Assembly: GCA_040513235.1 (NCBI GenBank)
Contig: JBEVDP010000157.1
Coordinates: 1 to 27,399 of the forward strand
From: Acidimicrobiia bacterium
GTDB lineage: Bacteria; Actinomycetota; Acidimicrobiia; IMCC26256; PALSA-610
Direction of reading: 5' to 3'
DNA length: 27,399 bases
The notes beneath the pieces were generated by a model. That model did no database searches and was not told the origin of the DNA. It saw only the letters and a program-made list of their open reading frames with translations. Of the stretch, positions 17,285 through 25,037 are shown piece after piece. How positions within the stretch are numbered: position 1 is the stretch's first letter; each line of letters opens with the position of its first letter. Both the position numbers and the translations under genes were made by a program.

Positions 17285-18686
17285 TCGCGCGCACGACGGA
17301 GTCGTCGAAGTCCCCGAACTCGATCTCTCCGAGCCTCGTGAAGTCCACATCGTCGGAATCGCGGGTGTGGCGATGAGCGCGATCGCGCTGCTCCTCGCGC
17401 ACATGGGCCATCGCGTGAGCGGATCCGACATCAAGGACACGCCGCAACTCGGGCGGCTCGAGGCCGCGGGCGTGCGTGTCGCGATCGGGAACCGGGCCGA
17501 GAACCTGCCCGCGCATCTCGACGCGGTGCTGTTCTCCACTGCCATCCCGGCGACGAACGTCGAGATCACGGCGGCGCGCAAACGAGGGATCCCGGTGCTG
17601 CACCGCTCGATCGCGCAGGCCGCGATCGCGGCGACCCGCCGCACGATCGCGATCGCGGGTTCGCACGGCAAGACCACGACGACTTCGATGCTCGCACTCG
17701 TGCTCCGGGAAGCGGGTTGGAGCCCGAGCTTCCTCATCGGGGGCGAGCTGAACGAGGTCGGCACGAACGCGGCGGTTGGCGAGGGCGAGTGGTTCGTCGT
17801 CGAAGCCGACGAGAGCGACGGGACGTTCCTGCGCATTCCCGCCGAAGCCGCGATCGTGACGAACATCGAGCCCGACCATCTCGATCACTACGGCTCCTTC
17901 GACGCGCTCGTCGCCGCATTCGATCGCTTCGTCGACCGCGTGCGCGGGCCCGTGGTCACGAGCCGCGACGACCCGGTGGCCGCGCGGCTGGCACATGCCC
18001 GCCCCCAGGTGCGGACCTTCGGCGAGCACCCTGAGTCCCACTACCGCATCGTCGACTACCGCGGCGCGCCCGATCACTGTCGGTTCGTGCTCGTCGTCGA
18101 AGGCGCGCGGCTCGGCGAACTGGTCGTCCCGCTCGGGGTCAAGGCCGCGGCCAATGCCGCGGCCGCGGCGGCGATGGCGCACGAACTGGGGATCGAATTC
18201 GACGCGACCGCACGGGCGCTGCGGGGGTTCGGCGGCGTGGCCCGCCGGTTCCAGTATCGCGGCGAGCGTGACGGCGTGCAGTTCTTCGACGACTACGCGC
18301 ATCTTCCCAGTGAAGTCGCAGCCGCCATCGCCACCGCACGCGACGTCGGCGCGAGCCGGGTGGTCGTGGTGTTCCAGCCGCATCGCTACTCCCGCACCGC
18401 GTCGTTGTGGGCCGACTTCAAGGACGCGTTCACCGACGCCGACGCCGTCGTCATCACCGACGTGTTTGCGGCGGGGGAGTCCCCAATCGCGGGCGTGAGC
18501 GGCCGGCTCGTGGCCGAGGTGGTCGCCGAGCACCATCCCGACCTCGATGTGACCTACGTGCCCGGCGCGCGCGATCTCGCCGCGGTTCCCGACCGGCTCG
18601 CTCGGGCCGGCGACGTCGTGTTGACGCTCGGCGCGGGCGACCTGACGACGCTGCCTGACGTGTGGCTGACCCAGGGCGACGCGTGA
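17274..18686 (+). CDS. murC: UDP-MurNAc--L-alanine ligase MurC
   Basis: VSGSD, GSHGKTTT, EADESDG, TNIEPDHLDHY, RRFQ, DDYAHLP, FQPHRYSRT, TLGAGD. GTG 17274 with GAGGAG SD. Confidence 0.96.
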   Translation: MTGDRAHDGVVEVPELDLSEPREVHIVGIAGVAMSAIALLLAHMGHRVSGSDIKDTPQLGRLEAAGVRVAIGNRAENLPAHLDAVLFSTAIPATNVEITAARKRGIPVLHRSIAQAAIAATRRTIAIAGSHGKTTTTSMLALVLREAGWSPSFLIGGELNEVGTNAAVGEGEWFVVEADESDGTFLRIPAEAAIVTNIEPDHLDHYGSFDALVAAFDRFVDRVRGPVVTSRDDPVAARLAHARPQVRTFGEHPESHYRIVDYRGAPDHCRFVLVVEGARLGELVVPLGVKAAANAAAAAAMAHELGIEFDATARALRGFGGVARRFQYRGERDGVQFFDDYAHLPSEVAAAIATARDVGASRVVVVFQPHRYSRTASLWADFKDAFTDADAVVITDVFAAGESPIAGVSGRLVAEVVAEHHPDLDVTYVPGARDLAAVPDRLARAGDVVLTLGAGDLTTLPDVWLTQGDA

Positions 18687-19630
18687 ACGGGTCCCGTACG
18701 CGTGTCAGCGCCGACGTGCTCGACGCGCTCGACGCCGCGCTCCCCGGACAAGTGGAGCGCGACGCCCCGAGCGCGGCCCTCACGACGTATCGCTGTGGCG
18801 GGCCGCTCGCCGCGCTGGTGCGGGCGCGAACCGAGGACGACCTGCGGCGGGTTGTCGGCATCGTCGTCGCCACCGAGATCCCGGTGTTGGTCATCGGGCG
18901 CGGTTCGAACCTGCTCGTCGCCGACTCCGGCTTCGATGGGGTCGCGCTCGTCCTCACCGATGCGTTCGAGCATCTGGACGTCGACCGCCGGGGCGGGCGG
19001 GCGTCGGCGGGCGGCGCGGTCGCGTTGCCGGTGTTGGCTCGGCGCGCCGCGGCGGCCGGTCTCGGCGGCCTCGAGTTCTACGTCGGCATCCCCGGTTCGG
19101 TTGGCGGCGCCGTCACGATGAACGCCGGCGGCCACGGCTCGGAGACCAGGGACGTCATCGTCGGTGCCCGGGTCTGCTCGCTGGCCGACGCCCACGTCCG
19201 GGAACTCTCGCTCGCCGACCTCGACCTCGGCTACCGCCGGTCGGCGATCGGACCCGAAGCGGTCGTGGTGTCGGCGGAGTTCACTGGCCACGCCGACGAT
19301 CCCGCGGCGTGCAGCCTGCGTATCGACGAGATCGTCCGCTGGCGCCGCGAACACCAACCCGGAGGTCAGAACGCAGGGTCGGTGTTCACGAACCCGCCGG
19401 GCGACTCCGCCGGCCGGCTCATCGACGTGTGCGGCCTGAAGCAACTCCGGGTCGGTGGCGTCTCGGTCTCGGCCAAGCACGCGAACTTCTTCGTGGCCGA
19501 GCCCGGTGCCCGCGCCAGCGACGTGTATGAACTGGTGCAGGAGGTGCAGCGGCGCGTCGCCTCGTCCACCGGCGTCGCCCTCGAACCCGAGTTGCACCTC
19601 GTCGGCTTCGACGCAGAAGTCGACCGATGA
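18683..19630 (+). CDS. murB: UDP-N-acetylenolpyruvoylglucosamine reductase MurB
   Basis: TTYRCGG, GRGSNLLV, GIPGSVGGAVTMNAG, GYRRS, NAGSVFTNP, SAKHANF, LEPE. GTGA overlap with murC. Confidence 0.96.
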   Translation: MNGSRTRVSADVLDALDAALPGQVERDAPSAALTTYRCGGPLAALVRARTEDDLRRVVGIVVATEIPVLVIGRGSNLLVADSGFDGVALVLTDAFEHLDVDRRGGRASAGGAVALPVLARRAAAAGLGGLEFYVGIPGSVGGAVTMNAGGHGSETRDVIVGARVCSLADAHVRELSLADLDLGYRRSAIGPEAVVVSAEFTGHADDPAACSLRIDEIVRWRREHQPGGQNAGSVFTNPPGDSAGRLIDVCGLKQLRVGGVSVSAKHANFFVAEPGARASDVYELVQEVQRRVASSTGVALEPELHLVGFDAEVDR

Positions 19631-20370
19631 CGACCGTGATGGACCCGAGGATCGAGGAGCGACGCAACGAGGTGGCGGGCGCGAGCCGGACCCGTCGGCG
19701 CCGGATCGCATTGCTCGTCTGCGGTGCGTTCATCGTCGTCGGCTTGGTGGTCTTGGCGATCGGTTCGTCGTTGCTCGATGTCGACGTCGTGCGCGTGGAC
19801 GGCACCGCGAGCCTCGATCCCGACGCGGTACGGGACGCGGCTGCAGTCGAGGAGGGCGAGCCCCTGTTGCGGGTCGACACCGACGCGGTTCGCCGCCGGG
19901 TGGAGGCATTGCCGTGGGTCGCGAGTGCAGACGTCTCGCGCAGCCTGCCCGGCACCGTGACGATCACCGTGCACGAGCACGAGCCCGTCGCGTTTACGCG
20001 GCGCGCCTCGACAGTGGCGTTGCTCACGGCGAATGGCGTCGTCGTCGCCGACGTCGCGGTCCCGCCGGAGGGCCTCGTGGAGATCGTTGGTGTACGGAAC
20101 GTGCCCGGGATCGGCAAGCTGCTCTCACCGCCCGAAGCACCGGGTGTCGTGCGCGAGTTGCCCGAAGCCCTCGCCGCGCGTGTGACCGCGATCGATCTCG
20201 GCGGTGAGGGCGTCACCCTCGATCTCACAGGCGGGGGATCGGTGCGGCTGTGCACGGTCGACGACATCGAGGCCAAGGCCGCAGCCGCGCTCGCGGTGCT
20301 CGAGCGGCTCGGCGACGACGCGTTCACCTATGTCGATGTCTGCGCGCCCCAGAATCCCGTCGCGCGATGA
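19627..20370 (+). CDS. ftsQ: Cell division protein FtsQ/DivIB
   Basis: DPRIEERR, single TM helix, POTRA domain (VRRRVEALPWVASADVSRSLPGTVTITVHE), YVDV..P C-terminus. ATGA overlap with murB. Confidence 0.92.
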   Translation: MTTVMDPRIEERRNEVAGASRTRRRRIALLVCGAFIVVGLVVLAIGSSLLDVDVVRVDGTASLDPDAVRDAAAVEEGEPLLRVDTDAVRRRVEALPWVASADVSRSLPGTVTITVHEHEPVAFTRRASTVALLTANGVVVADVAVPPEGLVEIVGVRNVPGIGKLLSPPEAPGVVRELPEALAARVTAIDLGGEGVTLDLTGGGSVRLCTVDDIEAKAAAALAVLERLGDDAFTYVDVCAPQNPVAR

Positions 20371-20371
20371 G

Positions 20372-20400
20372 TAGACCGAGCGCGCGCAGTTCGCTACAGT
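20372..20400 (+). promoter_or_regulatory. Candidate internal promoter for ftsZ
   Basis: TAGACC (20372-20377), 17 nt spacer, TACAGT (20395-20400). Confidence 0.5.
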
Positions 20401-20414
20401 CTCGACGCACACCA

Positions 20415-20453
20415 CAGGTTGACATAGTTCTCAACCTGAACTTGAGGTCGAGA
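20415..20453. promoter_or_regulatory. Overlapping inverted repeats upstream of ftsZ (FtsR/Rv1828-like MerR operator candidate)
   Basis: CAGGTTGA-N8-TCAACCTG (20415-20438, perfect) and TCTCAACCT-N7-AGGTCGAGA (20429-20453, 8/9). TTGACA at 20419-20424. Confidence 0.6.
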
Positions 20454-20583
20454 GTCGCGGGAATCCACGATCCGGCCGCCCGAACCAGGCATGCTCACGC
20501 CAGGCAGATTACGCATGAGCTCTTCATTCGATTCCGAACCCAGGCCGGTGAGATCCGGTGACGCCAAGTTAGAAAGGTCGCTC

Positions 20584-21666
20584 ATGCTCGGCGCTCCGCA
20601 GAACTACCTCGCGGTGATCAAGGTCGTCGGCGTCGGCGGCGGCGGATGCAATGCCGTGAACCGCATGATCGACGCGGGACTCAAAGGCGTGGAGTTCATC
20701 TCCATCAACACCGACGCGCAGTCGCTGTTGCTTTCCGACGCGGACGTGAAGCTCGATATCGGCCGGCAACTCACGCGCGGGCTCGGTGCGGGTTCCGATC
20801 CCGACGTCGGCCGGCAAGCCACCGAGGATCACCGCCAGGAAATCGAAGAGGTGCTCAAGGGCGCCGACATGGTCTTCATCACCGCAGGCAAGGGTGGCGG
20901 TACCGGCACCGGTGGCGCGCCGCTCGTCGCCGAGATCGCGCGTGGGCTCGGCGCGCTGACCATCGGCGTGGTGACACGTCCCTTCGGCTTCGAGGGCCGG
21001 CGCCGTTCGGTACAAGCGGAGTCGGGCATTCAGAAGCTCAAGGAAAAGGTCGACACGATCATCATCATCCCGAACGAGCGCCTGCTCCAGGTGAGCGACG
21101 AGCGCACGTCGATGCTGAACGCGTTCAAGATGGCCGACGAAGTGTTGCTCCAAGGCGTCCAGGGCATCACGGACCTCATCACGACCCCCGGCCTCATCAA
21201 CACCGACTTCGCCGACGTGAAGATGATCCTCACGAGCGCGGGTTCCGCGCTCATGGGTGTCGGCTACGCATCCGGCGACGGGCGCTCCGTGGCTGCGGCG
21301 CGCGCCGCGATCTCGAGCCCACTGCTCGAAGCGAGCATCGAGGGTGCCCGCGGCATCCTGATGAACGTGAGCGGTCCGTCGGATCTCGGTCTGTTCGAAC
21401 TCAACGAAGCGGCCGAGATCATCGGCCAGGCCGCACACCCCGACTCGAACATCATCTTCGGTGCAGTCATCGACGACGCGCTCGGCGACGAGGTGCGGAT
21501 CACCGTGATCGCGGCCGGGTTCGAGCGCTTCGAGGGCGAAGGCCGCGGTGCGCGAGCGCTCAACGTCGATCGGACGCTTGGTCTCGACGACGAAGACTCG
21601 CTCGTGGGCGACGACGCGCTCGATCTCGGCGACGACGACTTCGACGTCCCCGAGTTCTTGCGCTGA
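20584..21666 (+). CDS. ftsZ: Cell division protein FtsZ
   Basis: [31 protein letters not shown] tubulin motif, [14 protein letters not shown]-terminal peptide [12 protein letters not shown] 20584 with GAAAGGT SD. Confidence 0.99.
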   Translation: MLGAPQNYLAVIKVVGVGGGGCNAVNRMIDAGLKGVEFISINTDAQSLLLSDADVKLDIGRQLTRGLGAGSDPDVGRQATEDHRQEIEEVLKGADMVFITAGKGGGTGTGGAPLVAEIARGLGALTIGVVTRPFGFEGRRRSVQAESGIQKLKEKVDTIIIIPNERLLQVSDERTSMLNAFKMADEVLLQGVQGITDLITTPGLINTDFADVKMILTSAGSALMGVGYASGDGRSVAAARAAISSPLLEASIEGARGILMNVSGPSDLGLFELNEAAEIIGQAAHPDSNIIFGAVIDDALGDEVRITVIAAGFERFEGEGRGARALNVDRTLGLDDEDSLVGDDALDLGDDDFDVPEFLR

Positions 21667-21676
21667 CCACCGGATC

Positions 21677-22387
21677 GTGCTGACCGCACGCATCGGCGGG
21701 GTCTCCATCTGGTGCAGCGATCGGCGGGGCGGGGTGTCGCGCGCTCCGTACGACTCCGCCAACGTCGGCGACCACGTCGGCGACGACCCGGACGCAGTCG
21801 CGGCCAACCGGCAGCGACTCGCCCGGACGCTCGGAGTCACGTCGCCCGAGGGCTGGGTGTGGTTGCAGCAGGTGCACGGGTCCGCCGTCCACGTCGCGAC
21901 GACCACGCCCGCCATACCGCCGGTCGCCGACGCCGCGATCACCAGGATTCCGCGTCTGCCGCTCGCGATTCTCACCGCCGACTGCGCACCTGTAGTCATC
22001 GCGAGCGCCGATGCGGTCGGCGTCGTGCACGCCGGCCACCGCGGGCTGCTCGCGGGCGTGATCGAAGCGACGGTCGAGCAGCTCCGCGCGATCGGGCACG
22101 GCGCCGTGCGTGCGTATCTCGGTCCGTGCATCCGCGCCGAGCACTACGAGTTCGGCGGCACCGACCTCGAGCCATTGGTCGCCCGGTACGGACCCACGGT
22201 CGCGTCGCGCACCGTCACGGGGACGCCCGCGCTCGACATCCCCGCCGGCGTGCGGAGCGCGCTCGCGTCGGTCGGCGTCGAGGACCTCGATGACAGCGGC
22301 GTGTGTACCGCGGCCACGCCCGAACTCTTCTCGTACCGCCGCGATGGTGTCACGGGCCGGCAAGTGACTGTTGCGGTGTTGCAGTGA
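21677..22387 (+). CDS. pgeF: Peptidoglycan editing factor / purine nucleoside phosphorylase PgeF (YfiH/YlmD)
   Basis: GGVS.APYDS.N.G.HVGDD, QVHG, ADA, TADCAP, HAGHRG, GPCI, CT, FSYRR. Follows ftsZ. Confidence 0.93.
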   Translation: MLTARIGGVSIWCSDRRGGVSRAPYDSANVGDHVGDDPDAVAANRQRLARTLGVTSPEGWVWLQQVHGSAVHVATTTPAIPPVADAAITRIPRLPLAILTADCAPVVIASADAVGVVHAGHRGLLAGVIEATVEQLRAIGHGAVRAYLGPCIRAEHYEFGGTDLEPLVARYGPTVASRTVTGTPALDIPAGVRSALASVGVEDLDDSGVCTAATPELFSYRRDGVTGRQVTVAVLQ

Positions 22388-23052
22388 GCGACCTCGTACA
22401 ACGCCTTTCCGTCGTGCGCGAGCGGATCGCGGCCGCCGCCGTCGCCACCGGGCGCAAGCCCGACGCGGTCACGCTGGTCGCGGTGGGCAAGGAAAAGCCG
22501 GTCGCCGACCTCGAAACGGTCCTCGCCGCCGGTCAGCTCGACCTCGGCGAGAACAAGGCGCAGGAGCTGGTGGCCAAGGCCGAGGCCCTCGCTCCACACG
22601 GGACCGCGCCGCGCTGGCACTTCATCGGGCGTCTGCAGCGCAACAAGGTCCGGGCGCTTGCGCCCCACGTGACGCGTTGGCACTCGATCGACCGGGTGGA
22701 GCTCTGTGCACTGCTGGCCCGCCACGCCCCCGGCGCGAACGTGCTCGTCCAGGTCGACGTCGCGGGTGAGCCGCAAAAGGGCGGCTGCGCGCCCGCGGAC
22801 ACACCGGCCCTGGTCGAACAGCTGCGGACGGCCGGCTTGGTCGTCGACGGGCTCATGACCGTCCCACCCGCCGGGAGCGATCCGAGGCCGCACTTCGCGG
22901 CGCTGGCGCGGCTGGCGGAGCGTCTGGAGTTACCCGAGCTGTCGATGGGAATGACGGAAGACTTCGAGGTCGCGATCGGCGAAGGAGCCACGCTCGTTCG
23001 CGTGGGGAGCGCGATCTTCGGAGAACGGTTTCAGAAGCATCCGAGGCGTTAG
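22384..23052 (+). CDS. yggS: PLP homeostasis protein YggS (YlmE)
   Basis: LVAVGK, GEN.AQE, WHFIGRLQRNK, GLMT, LSMGM, EGATLVRVGSAIFG. GTGA overlap with pgeF. Confidence 0.95.
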   Translation: MSDLVQRLSVVRERIAAAAVATGRKPDAVTLVAVGKEKPVADLETVLAAGQLDLGENKAQELVAKAEALAPHGTAPRWHFIGRLQRNKVRALAPHVTRWHSIDRVELCALLARHAPGANVLVQVDVAGEPQKGGCAPADTPALVEQLRTAGLVVDGLMTVPPAGSDPRPHFAALARLAERLELPELSMGMTEDFEVAIGEGATLVRVGSAIFGERFQKHPRR

Positions 23053-23102
23053 GGTGTTCGCGACCCAACGCGCCCGTAATTCCACGTGGGCGAGGAGCGA
23101 GC

Positions 23103-23651
23103 ATGTCGGTGTTCCGTAAGGCGATGGTCTATCTGGGCCTCGTCGACGACGAGGAGTACTACGGGGACGACGAGTATTACGAGGACGACGTTCGGCCCGA
23201 GGACACCGAACCGGCCCCGCCTGCACGTTCGTCGCGCGCCGCCGCGCCGACCGCGTCGAGTAGCGACGGCAGCCCCGTGACCGTGATCCGGAGCCGGCGC
23301 GACCAGCCCGACGTGCCCCCGGCGCCCGTGCCGCGGCCCACCACGGTGCGGCCGGTGGCGATGCCGGCGACCCGGGTGCACGTCATGGACCCGCGCGGGT
23401 TCAACGACGCCCAGGAGGTCGGGGACCGTCTGAAGGCAGGACAACCCGTCATCCTCAACCTTCAAGGCGTCGACCGCGATCTCCAACGCCGGCTGATCGA
23501 CTTCTCGAGTGGTCTCGCGTACGCGTTGAACGGGACGATGTCGAAAGCAGCAGATCAGGTGTTCTTGCTCACGCCCTCGAACGTCGAGGTGTCAGAGGAA
23601 GAGAAGGAGCGCCTGCAGGCACGAGGGCTGTACCGAGCCGCCCGCACGTGA
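23103..23651 (+). CDS. sepF: Cell division protein SepF
   Basis: MSVFRKAMVYLGLV amphipathic helix, acidic/Pro linker, PRGFNDAQEVGD...VILNL...RRLIDFSSGL.Y...FLLTP. GAGGAG SD. Confidence 0.96.
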   Translation: MSVFRKAMVYLGLVDDEEYYGDDEYYEDDVRPEDTEPAPPARSSRAAAPTASSSDGSPVTVIRSRRDQPDVPPAPVPRPTTVRPVAMPATRVHVMDPRGFNDAQEVGDRLKAGQPVILNLQGVDRDLQRRLIDFSSGLAYALNGTMSKAADQVFLLTPSNVEVSEEEKERLQARGLYRAART

Positions 23652-23887
23652 GCATCATCTGCGCGTTCATCTTCGTGTACATCTTCGTGCTGATCGTGCG
23701 CGCGGTCCTCACGTGGTTCCCGATCCGGCCGGGCACTCCCGTCGCGTCGGTTGCGGTTCTGCTGCGCGACGTGACCGAGCCCGTGCTCGCGCCCGTCCGG
23801 CGGATCATTCCCCCGATCTCCAACATCGACATCTCTTCGTTGATCGTCGTGATCGCGCTGATCGTCGTTCAGCGGATCCTCTGCTGA
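23648..23887 (+). CDS. yggT: YggT/YlmG (SepG) family membrane protein
   Basis: RAVLTWFP...VTEPVLAPVRRIIP...IDIS motif. GTGA overlap with sepF. Confidence 0.92.
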   Translation: MSIICAFIFVYIFVLIVRAVLTWFPIRPGTPVASVAVLLRDVTEPVLAPVRRIIPPISNIDISSLIVVIALIVVQRILC

Positions 23888-23935
23888 CCAGGACTTTCGC
23901 GGCGACGTATGCGCGCCGCGCTCGAAGCTCGGGCG

Positions 23936-23941
23936 TACACT
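23936..23941 (+). promoter_or_regulatory. -10 element for a probably leaderless divIVA transcript
   Basis: TACACT exactly 7 nt before the ATG at 23949, with no SD in front of the ATG. Confidence 0.55.
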
Positions 23942-23948
23942 CGTCGGC

Positions 23949-24941
23949 ATGGAGATCACCCCTCGAGAACTGCGTGACGTCGAGATCGCCGAGGCGTTTC
24001 GTGGCTACCACCGCGACGTCGTCAACGACCTCCTCGAACGAGCAGCTGCGACCATCGATGCCGCGAACGAACGGGTGCGCGAGCTCAGCGACCGGCTGAA
24101 CAGCGCGCAGCTGGAGTCCGCCCGCAGCCGCGAGACGGAAGACATCCTGCATCGCACCCTCTTGCTCGCGCAGCGCGCCGCCGACGAAGCCGTCGCCGAA
24201 GCGCAGCAGAAGTCCCGTCAGTTGATGGAGGACGCCGAGCTGCATTCGCACAAGTTGCTCGCCGAGGCCGAGTCGAACGCGCGCCAGCGGGGCGAGTCCG
24301 AACGGCGTCGCCTCGAACAGGAAACACTCGAGCTCGCCGACCGGCGCGCCGCGTTGCTCGCCGACGTCGACGCGCTCGGCCGCTTTGAAGGCGAGTTCCG
24401 CGAACGCATGGTGCGCGCGCTCGAGGCCGACCTCTCGGCGTTGCAGAGTCGGCCGTCCGCGAGTCCCGGCCCGGTGCCCGAACCGCAAGAGGTCGAGCTT
24501 CCCGTGCTCGCTGAAGCGATTGCGCCGCGTCCAGAACCGGCGACCCCGGCGCCGGCCGTCGAGGTCGAGCGCTCCGACCCGGCTGCGACCGGGGAGGTCG
24601 ACATGGCCGCGCTGTTCGAGTCGGCGGCTCCCGCGCCGACCCCGACCCCGGAGCCGAGTGCGATGGCGATGCCGCGCGCGGCCGCGACCCCACCGCCGGA
24701 GCCGCCCGCACCCGAGCCCCTCGAGGTCGCGCGCGATTCGTCACCCATCGATCTGCTCGGCGATGACGCGCTGGATGCCGACGTGCTCGACGACGACGCA
24801 TTCTTCGCGACGTTGCGCGAAGCGGTACACGACGACACACCGCTCGGACCGCGCGACGAAGACGACGACAATCTCGACTTGTTCAACGACGACAACGGCG
24901 ATCGCTCGGGTTTCCGCGACGTCTTCCGCCGCCGGCGCTGA
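23949..24941 (+). CDS. divIVA: DivIVA (Wag31) polar growth determinant
   Basis: MEITPRELRDVEI...RGY...V..LL N-terminal domain, long coiled coil (TLLLAQRAADE), Pro/Ala-rich linker and acidic C-terminus. Confidence 0.92.
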   Translation: MEITPRELRDVEIAEAFRGYHRDVVNDLLERAAATIDAANERVRELSDRLNSAQLESARSRETEDILHRTLLLAQRAADEAVAEAQQKSRQLMEDAELHSHKLLAEAESNARQRGESERRRLEQETLELADRRAALLADVDALGRFEGEFRERMVRALEADLSALQSRPSASPGPVPEPQEVELPVLAEAIAPRPEPATPAPAVEVERSDPAATGEVDMAALFESAAPAPTPTPEPSAMAMPRAAATPPPEPPAPEPLEVARDSSPIDLLGDDALDADVLDDDAFFATLREAVHDDTPLGPRDEDDDNLDLFNDDNGDRSGFRDVFRRRR

Positions 24942-25037
24942 TTCGCGCCCTGCCGTGGGAATGCGGCCCGAAAGGATCGATCCGCGAGCGCCCTGATAGC
25001 CTCCGGACTCGTTTCCGCCAGGCCAGGAGATCTCCCG

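Noticed and set aside
17274-18686. Idea that this ligase is Mpl, adding a whole tripeptide and bypassing MurD
   Set aside because: EADESD, DDYAH and FQPHRYSRT are MurC signatures (Mpl has EADEYD, DDFAHH, EPRSNT), and murE is intact.
19627-20584. Absence of ddl and ftsA from the cluster
   Set aside because: Actinobacteria generally lack FtsA (SepF is present here), and ddl is commonly outside their dcw cluster.
24942-25037. c-di-AMP (ydaO) riboswitch before the cell-wall enzyme
   Set aside because: The spacer is only 96 nt, and apart from a GAAAGGA fragment I could not see the conserved ydaO elements.
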